From an uncultured beta proteobacterium (GTDB taxonomy: Bacteria > Pseudomonadota > Gammaproteobacteria > Burkholderiales > Burkholderiaceae_C), in contig CAVTJT010000014.1 of NCBI GenBank assembly GCA_963735095.1, positions 268-64,267 of the forward strand: DNA of 64,000 bases, read 5' to 3'. This document shows, in pieces, positions 49,151 to 61,271 of the stretch. A program made the translations under genes and the position numbers. Numbering within the stretch: position 1 is the stretch's first letter; every line of letters starts with the position of its first letter. The notes beneath the pieces are model-generated. The model was not told the DNA's origin. It worked only from the letters and a program-made list of their open reading frames with translations, and did not search any database.

Positions 49151-50101
49151 ATGGCCTCGCCGCGATTCATCCAGCTCCATCATGAGGACAGCGCCGCGCT
49201 GCGCCACGAACTCGCGCAAGGCCTGCTGGCGCGCCCGGCCACCGTGTCGCCGAAGTTCCTCTACGACCCCCTCGGCTCGCGCTTGTTCGATGCCATCACC
49301 GAGCTGCCGGAGTACTACCCCACACGTACCGAGCGGGCGATTCTCGACGCGCATGCGGGTGCGATGGCGGCTCGCGTTGGCTGCGGCCGCACGCTGATCG
49401 ACCTCGGCGCCGGCAGTTGCGAGAAGGCCGCGCGCCTGTTCTCTGTGATGCAGCCGGCGCGCTACGTGGCCGTGGACATTTCGGTCGACTACCTGCGGCA
49501 AGCCCTCGACAGCTTGCAGCGGCAACATCCGCGCATCGAGATGCTGGGCGTCGGCGCGGACTTCTCGGCCTCACTGCAGTTGCCGCCCGAAGCGGGCACT
49601 GGCGAACGTCTGGTGTTCTACCCCGGATCCAGCATCGGCAACTTCACGCCCGAGCAGGCGCTGCGCTTGCTGCGCCAGGTGCGTGCCGTGGCCGGGGCCG
49701 GCGGCGCGCTGCTGATCGGCGTGGACCTGGTGAAGGACAAGGCGGTGCTCGAGCTCGCCTACGACGACCCATTGCAGGTGACTGCGGCCTTCAACCTCAA
49801 CCTGTTGCGCCGCCTCGACTCGCTGCTCGGCTGCGATGCGCGCATTGAAGACTTCGCGCACGTGGCATTGTTCAACGAAGGCGACAGCCGCATCGAGATG
49901 CACTTGCAGGCGCGCCGCGACGTGACGCTGCGCTGGCACGGCGGGGAGCGCCGCTTGGCCGAGGGTGAACGCATCCACACCGAGAACTCCTACAAGTACA
50001 GCGTCGAAGGATTCGACCGACTGCTGCACGAGGCTGGCTTCACGCGCACCACCTGTTGGACCGACCCGCAGCGCTGGTTCGCGGTGTTCCTCGCATCCTG
50101 A
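49151..50101 (+). CDS. egtD: L-histidine N-alpha-methyltransferase EgtD
   Basis: PKFLYDPLGSRLFDAITELPEYYPTRTERAIL...LIDLGAGSCEK...FYPGSSIGNFTP...AYDDPLQVTAAFNLNLL...IEMHL...ENSYKYS closely follows the EgtD pattern. Confidence 0.85.
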   Translation: MASPRFIQLHHEDSAALRHELAQGLLARPATVSPKFLYDPLGSRLFDAITELPEYYPTRTERAILDAHAGAMAARVGCGRTLIDLGAGSCEKAARLFSVMQPARYVAVDISVDYLRQALDSLQRQHPRIEMLGVGADFSASLQLPPEAGTGERLVFYPGSSIGNFTPEQALRLLRQVRAVAGAGGALLIGVDLVKDKAVLELAYDDPLQVTAAFNLNLLRRLDSLLGCDARIEDFAHVALFNEGDSRIEMHLQARRDVTLRWHGGERRLAEGERIHTENSYKYSVEGFDRLLHEAGFTRTTCWTDPQRWFAVFLAS

Positions 50102-50171
50102 AGCCGTCGGCGCCGAAAGAACCGAGCGGCTATGCTCGCGCGGTTCGCTTGTGCATCGCAGGAGTCTTGCC

Positions 50172-51275
50172 ATGGACACCACCACGCTGTTGACGTCGCG
50201 ACGCGACCCGGCCGACGGCCGGCTCCACACGTCGAGCGCGCCGCCGTTGCAGCCGGGCTGGGCCCGGTTCGCCGTGCGTCGGGTGTCGATCACCACCAAC
50301 AACGTGACCTACGCGTTGTTCGGCGAGCGCATGAGCTATTGGCAGTTCTTTCCCAGCTCGCAGGAAGGTTGGGGCGTGGTGCCGGTGTGGGGCTTTGCCG
50401 AGGTGGTCGAGAGCGCACAGCCGGACATTGCCATCGGCGCGCGCTACTTCGGCTATTGGCCGCTCGCCGAGACGGTGGACCTGCTGCCGACCAAGGTGTC
50501 GCCGAGCGGGTTCATCGATGGCGCCGCGCACCGCGCGCAATTGCCGTCGACCTACAACCGCTACGGCGCCGCGCCATCCAGCCAGGCGGCCCAGGATGAA
50601 GCGGCGTTGGCCATCATGCGGCCGCTGTTCGGTACCGCATTCCTGCTGACGGATTTCTTGCAGGAGAACGATTGGTTCGGCGCGCGCCAGCTGGTGCTGT
50701 CGAGTGCGTCGAGCAAGACGGCGTATGCCACTGCGTGGTGCGCGCGCGAGCTGCTGGTGAGCGGACAGGGGCCAACCGTGCGGCTGATCGGTTTGACCTC
50801 GCGTTCCAACGCCGATTTCGTGCGGCGGCTCGGTTTCTACGACCACGTGCTGGCCTATGACGAAATCGCGTCGATCGACGCCGCGTCGCCGACCGTGTTC
50901 GCCGATTTCTCTGGCAGCGCCGAGCAGCGCACCGCTTTGCACCACCACCTGGGAGACGCCTTGCGCCACAGCGCGGTGATCGGCGCCACGCAGTTCAGTG
51001 CCGGTGGGCGCGAGGCGCCGTTGCCGGGCGCCAAGCCGACGTTTTTCTTCGCGCCCGATCGGCGGCGCAAGCGGCTGGAGGACTGGGGTCCCGCGGTGCT
51101 GATGCAGCGCGTCGAAGACAGCCAGAGTCGCTTCCTCCAGCAAATGCAATCGGGAGCCACGCCGGGTCTGCGCATCGTGACGCACGGCGGCCTGGAGGCC
51201 GCCCGCACCGTGATGGCCGAGCTGGCGAGCGGCCGCATCGACCCCGCGGTGGGCCATGTGATCGACGTGTCGTGA
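50172..51275 (+). CDS. DUF2855 family protein
   Basis: FAVRRVSITTNNVTYALFGERMSYWQFFPSSQEGWGVVPVWGFAEVVES...ARYFGYWP resembles the DUF2855 N-terminal signature. Confidence 0.65.
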   Translation: MDTTTLLTSRRDPADGRLHTSSAPPLQPGWARFAVRRVSITTNNVTYALFGERMSYWQFFPSSQEGWGVVPVWGFAEVVESAQPDIAIGARYFGYWPLAETVDLLPTKVSPSGFIDGAAHRAQLPSTYNRYGAAPSSQAAQDEAALAIMRPLFGTAFLLTDFLQENDWFGARQLVLSSASSKTAYATAWCARELLVSGQGPTVRLIGLTSRSNADFVRRLGFYDHVLAYDEIASIDAASPTVFADFSGSAEQRTALHHHLGDALRHSAVIGATQFSAGGREAPLPGAKPTFFFAPDRRRKRLEDWGPAVLMQRVEDSQSRFLQQMQSGATPGLRIVTHGGLEAARTVMAELASGRIDPAVGHVIDVS

Positions 51276-51679
51276 TCGCTGCCCGCACCGCACCGCGCGT
51301 GGCCATCGCCACTTGTCTGGTGCTGGCGCCGTTCTTGGTGCAGTGTGCGGCTGCGTCGGACGCGCAGGGGCAGAACGTGGCAGCAACCGGAGCATTCCAA
51401 GCCCAGGTCGAACAGGCGCTGCGCGACGCCGCGCAGCGCACGCAACTCGACGCGGCCCGATTGCGCGTGACGCTGGCCGAAGCCGTCACCTGGCCCGACG
51501 GTGCACTGGGCTGTCCCGAGCCGGGTCGGCAATACAGCCAGGCGCTGGTCTCGGGCTATCGCATCCGCATCGAAGCCGGCGCCAAGACGCTGGAGTACCA
51601 CGGCAGCCTCAAGAGCCAGCCGTTTCTGTGCCCGGCCGAACGGATCCAGCCCCCTTCGGCATTGGGCCCACGCACCTGA
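51272..51679 (+). CDS. Exported hypothetical protein
   Basis: The start overlaps the previous stop. It has a signal-like N-terminus (VAIATCLVLAPFLVQCAAA). I recognise no family. Confidence 0.45.
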   Translation: MIAARTAPRVAIATCLVLAPFLVQCAAASDAQGQNVAATGAFQAQVEQALRDAAQRTQLDAARLRVTLAEAVTWPDGALGCPEPGRQYSQALVSGYRIRIEAGAKTLEYHGSLKSQPFLCPAERIQPPSALGPRT

Positions 51680-51698
51680 CGGTATTTGAAAAGAAGAA

Positions 51699-51724
51699 CG
51701 GGTCCGGGCGTGTGCCCGGACCCG
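51699..51724. terminator. Hairpin CGGGTCCGGGC-GTGT-GCCCGGACCCG between convergent transcription units
   Basis: An 11-bp perfect stem. It lies 20 nt after the plus-strand stop (51679) and 28 nt after a minus-strand stop (51752). It is flanked by A/T-containing stretches but has no long T-run. Confidence 0.5.
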
Positions 51725-52152
51725 TGTGATGGAGCTCTGTTCAGCGCGTGTTCAAGGGTTCACGCGCACCAGGTTCGGCGCCGGCAGTGCCGGGTCGCCA
51801 CCGTAGACCACCGAGCCCAAGCACTTGACACCCGCTACCAGGCCGTTGAACGCGAGGGCGATCGTGCCCGAGCCGCCGGTGGTGGCGCTGGCGGGCGTCG
51901 TCACCGTCATGTTGCCGCGGCCATGGCGCTCAGAACCCAGTTGAACAACGTGAAGCTGACTGGTGCGTTTGCTTTGGCGTCGCGAAGCCAACCATGATTC
52001 AGCAGAGCCCGAATCCATTTTGAAAGGCGCCGACTGCCATATGGGAGAAACGCCAAATGCTTGTTACAAGCGGGCGCCCCGGCGCGTCGTGCCGGTGACA
52101 TCGCGCCCCAACACGCGACCCGCCGCACAGGCGTTGGGCACAGCGGCGCGGC

Positions 52153-52779
52153 TCACCCCATGGCCGCCTGCAACCCGCCCTGGAAGTGCGCGCGCATCAG
52201 CCGCGTGGCGAGCTTGCCGTCGTGCGCCTCGATGGCTTGCATGATCGCGCGGTGTTCGGCCAGCGACTCGGCGATCCGCCCTTGTTTGAACAGCGAGTGG
52301 TGCCGGTTCAGCTTCATCACCTTGCGCAGGTCGGCCACGATCTGCGTGCGCCAGCGGTTGCCGGCCACCTCGAGCAACTGGAAGTGAAACGCCTCGTTGG
52401 TGGCGAAGAAGGCGTCGCGCTGCCGCACCTGCTTCTCGAGTCGATCGTGCAGTGCGCGCAGCGAGGCGATCTCGGCATCGTCCGCGTGATCGGCCACCTC
52501 GCCGGCGGCATCACTTTCGAGCAGGGCGAGCAGACGATATACCTGCGACACGTCGTCGCGCGACATCTCGGTCACATAGGCGCCGCGCCGCACCTTCATC
52601 GTGACCAGGCCTTCGACGGCGAGCACCTTGAGCGCTTCGCGCAGCGGGGTGCGGCTGATACCCCATTCGGCCGCGAGCTTCAACTCGTCGATCCATGCGC
52701 CCGGCTCGAGCTCGCGCGCGAAGATCTTTTCGCGCAGGCGGTCGGCGACCTCCTGGTACAGCGCGCGCGGCGACAGCAT
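52153..52779 (-). CDS. GntR-family transcriptional regulator, FadR subfamily (FCD effector domain)
   Basis: LYQEVADRLREKIFARELEPGAWIDELKLAAEWGISRTPLREALKVLAVEGLVTMKVRRGAYV plus a helical FCD-like C-terminus. It is divergent from the mutase operon. A longer N-terminus from an upstream non-ATG start is possible. Confidence 0.85.
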   Translation of the reverse strand: MLSPRALYQEVADRLREKIFARELEPGAWIDELKLAAEWGISRTPLREALKVLAVEGLVTMKVRRGAYVTEMSRDDVSQVYRLLALLESDAAGEVADHADDAEIASLRALHDRLEKQVRQRDAFFATNEAFHFQLLEVAGNRWRTQIVADLRKVMKLNRHHSLFKQGRIAESLAEHRAIMQAIEAHDGKLATRLMRAHFQGGLQAAMG

Positions 52780-52951
52780 GGCGGGCGCTCGCGGTGGGGT
52801 CGCGGCCGCGCCTTGCGACGCGGCACGCGCAGCAGGCACCGAAGCAGCGGTCGCGCTGCGCGCAGGGCGGGGGCGGGAGTCGGTCACACGCGGCTCGAGG
52901 TCGGGTTTGGTTCTGAATTCATAATTATGGATAATGGCGAATCTTAGGCTG

Positions 52952-52963
52952 CCGGTCGACCGG
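52952..52963. promoter_or_regulatory. Perfect 12-bp palindrome CCGGTCGACCGG in the mutase leader (candidate FadR-type GntR operator)
   Basis: Contains a GGT-N2-ACC core like FadR-subfamily operators. It lies between the divergent regulator and the mutase gene. An AT-rich patch with the palindrome CATAATTATG (52920..52929) and a GATAAT -10-like hexamer lies about 25 nt upstream. Confidence 0.35.
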
Positions 52964-53008
52964 TGGCAAGCACCGCGCGATGATGCGCGGGCATTTGCGG
53001 GAGTCTTG

Positions 53009-55167
53009 ATGTCGCAGTCCAGCGAGTTCCGTGCCGCCACGATCGAGCAGTGGCGACAAGCCGCGGCCAAGTCGTCGCCGGGCGGTCGCCTCGAGGGCCT
53101 GAACTGGGTCACGCCCGAAGGCATCACCGTCAAGCCGCTGTACACCGCAGCCGACGTGGCGGAGCTGCCGCACACCGATACGCTGCCCGGCTTCGAGCCT
53201 TTCATGCGCGGGCCGCAACCCACGATGTACGCGGTGCGGCCGTGGACGATCCGCCAGTACGCGGGCTTCTCCACCGCTGAAGAAAGCAACGCGTTCTACC
53301 GGCAGGCGCTGGCCGGCGGCGGACAGGGCGTGAGCGTGGCCTTCGATCTGGCCACGCACCGAGGCTACGACAGCGACCACCCGCGAGTGACCGGCGACGT
53401 CGGCAAGGCCGGCGTGGCGATCGACTCGGTCGAGGACATGAAGATCCTGTTCGACGGCATCCCGCTCGACCGGGTCAGCGTGTCGATGACGATGAACGGT
53501 GCGGTGCTGCCGGTGCTGGCGGGCTATGTGGTCGCGGCCGAAGAGCAAGGGGTGACGCAGGAGCAACTGAGCGGGACCATCCAGAACGACATCCTCAAGG
53601 AGTTCATGGTCCGCAACACCTACATCTATCCGCCCGAGCCGAGCATGCGCATCGTGGCCGACATCATCGAGTACACGGCGCGCCGGATGCCGAAGTTCAA
53701 CTCGATCTCGATCTCGGGCTACCACATGCAGGAGGCCGGCGCGAACCAGGCGCTGGAGCTCGCGTTCACGCTGGCCGATGGCATGGAGTACGTGAAGGCT
53801 GGCGATCGGCCCGCGGGCTGGATGTCGACGAGTTCGCCGGGCGCCTGAGCTTCTTCTGGGCGATCGGCATGAACTTCTATCTCGAGATCGCCAAGATGCG
53901 CGCGGCGCGGCTGCTGTGGTGCCGCATCATGAAGGAGTTCGGCGCCAAGAACCCCAAGAGCCTGATGCTGCGCACGCACTGCCAGACCTCGGGATGGAGC
54001 CTGACCGAGCAGGATCCGTACAACAACGTCGTGCGCACCACCGTCGAGGCGATGGCGGCGGTGTTCGGCGGCACGCAGAGCCTGCACACCAACAGCTTCG
54101 ACGAGGCGATCGCGCTGCCGAGCGAATTCAGCTCGCGCATCGCGCGCAATACCCAGGTGATCCTGCAGGAAGAGACGCACATCACGCAGGTGGTCGACCC
54201 GTGGGCCGGCTCGTACATGATGGAGTCGCTGACGCAGGCGATGGCCGACACCGCGTGGTCCATCATCGAAGAAGTGCAGGCGCAAGGCGGCATGACCAAG
54301 GCCGTGGGCTCCGGATGGGCCAAGCTCAAGATCGAGGCCAGCGCGGCCGAGAAGCAGGCGCGCATCGACTCGGGCCGCGACGTGATCGTGGGCGTCAACA
54401 AGTTCAAGCTCCACGAGCACGATGCGGTCGACATCCTGGAGGTCGACAACCACCGGGTGCGCGAACAGCAAGTCGCGCGATTGAAGACCATTCGCGCCAC
54501 GCGCGACGCCACGACAGTGCGATCGGCGCTCGGCGCGCTCGCCGAATGCGCGCGCTCGGGCCAGGGCAACCTGCTGGCGCTGAGCATCGAGGCGATTCGC
54601 GCGCGCGCCACGGTGGGCGAGGTGAGCGATGCGCTCGAACAGGTGTTCGGGCGCCACCGCGCCGACATTCAGAAGGTGACTGGCGTGTACGCAAAAGCCT
54701 ATGACTCGGCCGAGGGATGGGAGCAGCTCAAGGGCGAGATCGCCGCCTTCGCCAGGGAGCAGGGCCGGCGTCCGCGCGTGATGATCTCCAAGCTCGGCCA
54801 GGACGGCCACGACCGCGGCTCCAAGGTGGTGGCCACCGCATTCGCCGATCTCGGCTTCGACGTGGACATCGGCCCGCTGTTCCAGACGCCCGAAGAGTGC
54901 GCGCGCCAGGCGATCGAAAACGACGTGCACGCGGTGGGTGTGAGCACGCTCGCGGCGGGCCACAAGACCCTGGTTCCCGCGATCATCGCGGAGCTGAAGA
55001 AGCAGGGCGCCGACGACATCATCGTGTTCGTCGGCGGCGTGATCCCGCAGCAGGACTACGACTTCCTCTACGCGGCCGGTGTCAAGGGCATCTATGGCCC
55101 CGGCACGCCGATCCCGGTGAGCGCGAAAGACGTGCTCGAGCAGATCCGCGCGTCGCTGAAAAACTAG
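53009..55167 (+). pseudogene. scpA: Methylmalonyl-CoA mutase (single-chain, catalytic + B12-binding domains); one frame break near 53808
   Basis: The N-terminal part has [21 protein letters not shown]...[17 protein letters not shown]...TMNGAVLP...[11 protein letters not shown]...[12 protein letters not shown]. The rest ([23 protein letters not shown] ... B12 domain [23 protein letters not shown]) is in ORF 53869..55167. Confidence 0.9.
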
Positions 55168-55182
55168 ACCGTTCGGCACGCC

Positions 55183-56190
55183 ATGCTCAGCCCGGAGGAC
55201 CAGGCCCTGCTCGACGGTGTGCTGCACGCGAAGGGCGAGGCACAGCGACGCGCGATCGCCAAGACGATCACCTTGCTGGAGAGCACGCGCATCGATCACC
55301 GCACAAGGGCCGAAGCACTGCTCAATGCGTTGCTGCCGCACAGCGGCAAGTCATTCCGTCTCGGCATCTCGGGTGTGCCCGGCGTCGGCAAAAGCACCTT
55401 CATCGAAGCCTTGGGTTTGCACCTGATCCAGCAAAAGCATCGTGTGGCGGTGCTGACAGTGGACCCGTCGTCGAGCGTGTCGGGCGGTTCGATTCTCGGC
55501 GACAAGACGCGCATGGAGCGCCTGTCGGTCGAAGCGAACGCGTTCATCCGCCCCAGCCCGACCAGCGGCACGCTCGGTGGCGTGACCGCGCACACGCGCG
55601 AGGCGATGCTCGTGCTCGAAGCGGCCGGGCACGACGTGGTGATCGTCGAGACGGTCGGCGTCGGGCAAAGCGAGACCGCGGTGGCCGGCATGACCGACTG
55701 TTTTGCGTTGCTGCAGTTGCCCAACGCCGGCGACGACCTGCAGGCGATCAAGCGCGGCGTGATGGAGCTCGCCGACCTGGTGGCGATCAACAAGGCCGAC
55801 CTCGATGAGGCGGCCGCGACTCGCGCACAGGCTCAGATCACGTCGTCGCTGCGCCTGATGCAGCAGCGCATGTTGACGCCCGCGCAGCAGGCGCTGCACT
55901 GGATGCCGCGCGTGCTGAAGCTGAGCGCCGTGACCGGCGCCGGCGTGGCGGAGTTCTGGCGGGCGGTGCACGAACTGCGCGTGCTGCGACAGACCAGTGG
56001 CCGCCTCGCCGAACGGCGCCGCGAACAGGACGAAGCCTGGATGTGGGAGCGCATCGATGCGCTGCTGCACCAGCGCTTTCGCGACCATGCCGGCGTGGCC
56101 GCTGCGCTGCCCGCGCTCACCATCGACGTGCGCGCCGGCCGGGTGGCCGCCTCGGTGGCGGCGCGCCGGCTGATCGATCTGCTGAACTGA
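55183..56190 (+). CDS. meaB: Methylmalonyl-CoA mutase-associated GTPase MeaB (ArgK family)
   Basis: [18 protein letters not shown]...[18 protein letters not shown]...[11 protein letters not shown]...INKAD. Confidence 0.9.
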   Translation: MLSPEDQALLDGVLHAKGEAQRRAIAKTITLLESTRIDHRTRAEALLNALLPHSGKSFRLGISGVPGVGKSTFIEALGLHLIQQKHRVAVLTVDPSSSVSGGSILGDKTRMERLSVEANAFIRPSPTSGTLGGVTAHTREAMLVLEAAGHDVVIVETVGVGQSETAVAGMTDCFALLQLPNAGDDLQAIKRGVMELADLVAINKADLDEAAATRAQAQITSSLRLMQQRMLTPAQQALHWMPRVLKLSAVTGAGVAEFWRAVHELRVLRQTSGRLAERRREQDEAWMWERIDALLHQRFRDHAGVAAALPALTIDVRAGRVAASVAARRLIDLLN

Positions 56191-56222
56191 CGGTATTCGA
56201 GAATCCCGAGGAGACCGAGCGC

Positions 56223-57755
<1,533 letters not shown>

Positions 57756-57763
57756 GTGCACGC

Positions 57764-59888
57764 ATGTTCACGAAGATCCTGATCGCCAACCGCGGCGAGA
57801 TTGCCTGCCGGGTCATCAAGACCGCGAAGAAGATGGGCATCGCCACGGTCGCGGTGTATTCCGAGGCCGACCGCGACGCGATGCACGTGGATCTGGCCGA
57901 TGAAGCGATCCTGATCGGTCCGGCGCCGTCGCGCGAGAGTTACCTGGTGGCCGACAAGATCATCGACGCCGCCAAGAAGACGGGCGCGCAGGCCATTCAC
58001 CCCGGCTACGGTTTCCTCAGCGAGAACGAAGACTTCGCGCGCCGCGTCGAGGAGCAGGGCCTGGTGTTCATCGGCCCCAAGCACCACAGCATCGCGGCGA
58101 TGGGCGACAAGATCGCGTCCAAGAAGCTGGCGCAGCAGGCCAAGGTCAACACCATCCCGGGCTACAACGACGTGATCGAGTCGCCCGAAGCGGCGGTGAA
58201 GATCGCCAGGGACATCGGCTATCCGGTGATGATCAAGGCCAGCGCGGGCGGCGGCGGCAAGGGCCTGCGCGTGGCGCACAACGACGCCGAGGCGTTCGAC
58301 GGCTTCAGCTCCTGCCGCAACGAGGCGAAGGCGAGCTTCGGCGACGACCGCGTGTTCATCGAGAAGTTCGTCGAGAGCCCGCGCCACATCGAGATCCAGG
58401 TGATGGGTGACGCGCACGGCAACGTCATCTACCTCAACGAGCGCGAGTGCTCGATCCAGCGCCGCCACCAGAAGGTGATCGAGGAGGCGCCGTCGCCGTT
58501 CATCAGCGAGGCCACGCGCAAGGCGATGGGCGAGCAGGCGGTCGCGCTGGCCAAGGCGGTGAACTACCAAAGCGCCGGCACCGTGGAGTTCGTGGTCGGC
58601 AAGGACCAGAGCTTCTACTTTCTCGAGATGAACACGCGGCTGCAGGTCGAGCACCCGGTCACCGAGTGCATCACCGGGCTCGACCTCGTCGAGTTGATGA
58701 TCCGCGTCGCGGCGGGCGAGAAACTGCCGCTGAAGCAAGCCGACGTGCAGCGCAACGGCTGGGCCATCGAGTGCCGAATCAACGCCGAGGATCCGCAGCG
58801 CAACTTCCTGCCCTCGACCGGCCGGCTGTCGCGTTACCTGCCGCCGCGCACCACGATGCAGGCGGCAGCGGCCATGCCCAAGGAGGGCGGCGTGCGGGTG
58901 GACACCGGGGTCTACGAAGGCGGCGAGATCCCGATGTACTACGACTCGATGATCGCCAAGCTGATCGTGCACGGCAGCGACCGCGCCCAGGCGATCGCGC
59001 GCATGCGCGAAGCGCTCAACGGCTTCGTGATCCGCGGCATCTCCAGCAACATCGCATTCCAGTCGGCGCTGCTGGCGCACCCGAAGTTCGCGGCCGGCGA
59101 CTTCAACACCGGCTTCATCGCCGAGCACTTCGCGCATGGCTTTCGCATGTCCGACGTGCCGCACAGCGACCCGCTGTTCCTGGTGGCGATGGCGGCGTTC
59201 GTGCGGCGCAAGGCGCGCGAGCGCTCGGCCGGCATCAGCGGCCAGCTCGCGGGTCACGGCGTGAAGAACCGCCCGACCTGGTGGTGGTGGTGATCAAGCC
59301 CGACGGTGCACACGAGCACCACGCGGTGCGCGTCGAAGACTTCGATCCGGTCGCAGCCAAGGCGGACGTGGTGATCGAGGAATCCGCCCCCGTCGCTCGG
59401 CAAGCCGAGCCGTCCCCCAAGGGGGAACTCCGGCCTTGGGGCGGCCCGGCGGCCGGCGCCATTTCGCGATCCAGAGCCCGACGCAGCTTGGCGACATCCT
59501 GGTCAATGGCACCTGCAACGGCAAGCCATTCACCGCGCAGATCGAACGCGGCAGCGCCAAGCACCCGTTGGGCATCCGCGTCACCCACAACGGTCTGCAG
59601 ATCGAAGCGTTGGTGCTGTTGCCGCGCGCGGCGGAGCTGCTGAAGCTGATGCCGCACAAGGCAGCGCCCGACCTCAGCAAGTTCCTGCTGTCGCCGATGC
59701 CGGGTTTGCTGGTCGACGTGGCGGTGCAGCCGGGCCAGAAGGTGATGGCCGGAGAGCGGCTCGCGGTGATCGAAGCGATGAAGATGGAGAACATCCTCAC
59801 GGCCACGCAAGACGGCGAGGTGCGCGAGGTGCTGGCCAAACGCGGCGAGAGCCTGACGGTCGACCAACCGATCCTGGCATTCGTCTGA
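57764..59888 (+). pseudogene. pccA: Propionyl-CoA carboxylase alpha (biotin carboxylase + biotinyl carrier) subunit; frame changes near 59265 and again within or after an inserted repeat at 59376..59460
   Basis: The BC domain [25 protein letters not shown]...[14 protein letters not shown] is in ORF 57725..59293. The linker [27 protein letters not shown]... is in the frame of ORF 58447... The biotinyl domain with EAMKMEN is in ORF 59436..59888. So three frames are used. Confidence 0.9.
59376..59460 (+). repeat. Palindromic element, copy H, located inside the pccA reading frame
   Basis: GGAATCCGCCCCCGTCGCTCGGCAAGCCGAGCCGTCCCCCAAGGGGGAACTCCGGCCTTGGGGCGGCCCGGCGGCCGGCGCC aligns along its length with intergenic copies B, C, F and G. 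It keeps the CCCCC-AA-GGGGG hairpin and the CCGGCC/GGCCGG stem around TTGGGGCGGCCCGGC. Confidence 0.65.
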
Positions 59889-59900
59889 TTGCTCTCGACC

Positions 59901-60374
59901 ATGGACAAGCCGTTTCGCATCCTCGGTCTGCAGCAGGTCGCCATCGGAGGCCTGGACAAGCAGCGCCTGCGGGCGCTGTGGGTCGACATGCTGGGCCTCA
60001 GCGTGAAGGGCAACTTCGTCAGCGAGCGCGAGAACGTCGACGAAGACATCTGCGCGATCGGGTCCGGTGTGAACGAGGTCGAGGTCGATCTGATGCAGCC
60101 GCTCGACCCGGACAAGAAGCCCGCCGTGCACGCCACGCCGCTGAACCATGTGGGTCTGTGGGTCGATGATTTGCCGAAGGCCGTGGCGTGGATGACGGCG
60201 CACGGCGTGCGCTTTGCGCCCGGTGGCATCCGCAAGGGAGCGGCGGGACACGACATCTGCTTCATCCACCCGAAGGGCAACGACGAGTTCCCGATCGGCG
60301 GCGAAGGGGTGCTGATCGAGTTGGTGCAGGCGCCGCCCGATGTCGTGCAGGCGCTGAGTCGCAACCACTTGTAG
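59901..60374 (+). CDS. mce: VOC/glyoxalase-family protein, probable methylmalonyl-CoA epimerase
   Basis: [13 protein letters not shown]...[11 protein letters not shown]...ICFIHPKG...LIELVQ shows VOC fold motifs. It immediately follows pccA in the methylmalonyl pathway operon. The functional call is by context. Confidence 0.7.
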   Translation: MDKPFRILGLQQVAIGGLDKQRLRALWVDMLGLSVKGNFVSERENVDEDICAIGSGVNEVEVDLMQPLDPDKKPAVHATPLNHVGLWVDDLPKAVAWMTAHGVRFAPGGIRKGAAGHDICFIHPKGNDEFPIGGEGVLIELVQAPPDVVQALSRNHL

Positions 60375-60432
60375 CGAAGCGCGCGTTTGCGCACGTTGTT
60401 TGCCGGCAAGGCGGGTCGCCCGTGGATCGGGC

Positions 60433-61255
60433 ATGCCATCGATCGCCATGCCATCTCCTGTCTCACTCCATCGAACATTGCGTTGCTGGCTGGCGTCGGC
60501 CTGCCTGCCGCTGATCTCGAGCCTCGCGTGGGCCGACCTCGCGCCGCCGCCCAAGGACGGCTTGTGGCGCGGCATCGCAGGCGCCGCGCTGTCGGCCACC
60601 TCGGGCAACAGCGAGACCTCGTCGGCCCTGCTCAACGCCGATGGCGCGCGCGCGAGCGATCACGACAAGATCTCGCTCGGCGCCAACTTCAACCAGGCAC
60701 GCGGCACCAACGATGCGGGCGAGCGCACGACCACGGCCGACAAGGCGAGCGCCTTCGGACAGTACGACCGTGACTTCGCGCCGCGCTGGTTCGGCTTCGG
60801 GCGGCTGTCGTTCGATCGCGACGCGTTGATCGACCTGTCGTCGCGCACCACGCTGTCGGGCGGCGTGGGCTTTCGCGTGATCGACGACGCCCACCAACTC
60901 CTTCACGCTGCTGGGCGGCATCGGCCACACCACCGAGCGCTACAGCAGCACCCAGACGATCACCAACGAAACCGACACGCGCTTTCACCGCCTGAGTGCG
61001 TTTCTGGCGGAGGAATCGGCGCACAAACTGACGGAGAGCACGTCGTTCAAGCAACGTTTGGAGTCCAACCCCGCGCTCGACGGCAGTGGCGCGGTGCTGT
61101 GGAAGTTCAACGCCAACCTCGACGTGGCGATCAACTCGTCGCTGAGCCTGAGTGTGGGCGTGATCGACACCTACAACACCGAACCCCCGGAAGGCGCGGT
61201 CAAGAACGACGTCACCTTGTTCACCGGCATCAACGTCAAGTTCGGCGGGCCGTGA
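60433..61255 (+). pseudogene. DUF481 (YdiY-like) outer-membrane beta-barrel protein; one frame break at 60890-60892
   Basis: Signal peptide ...CLPLISSLAWA, with alternating beta-strand pattern. The C-terminal part (NSFTLLGGIGHTTERYS...SLSLSVGVIDTYNTEPPEGAVKNDVTLFTGINVKF) continues in the next frame (ORF 61058..61255). The join falls in a CCC run. Confidence 0.7.
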
Positions 61256-61271
61256 GGGCTACTGGATCCGG

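Noticed and set aside
52780-53008. Looked for a cobalamin riboswitch in front of the B12-dependent mutase.
   Set aside because: I could not see a B12-box-like motif or the expected multi-stem arrangement. The leader is short and is better explained by promoter and operator elements. A covariance-model scan would be needed to exclude it formally.
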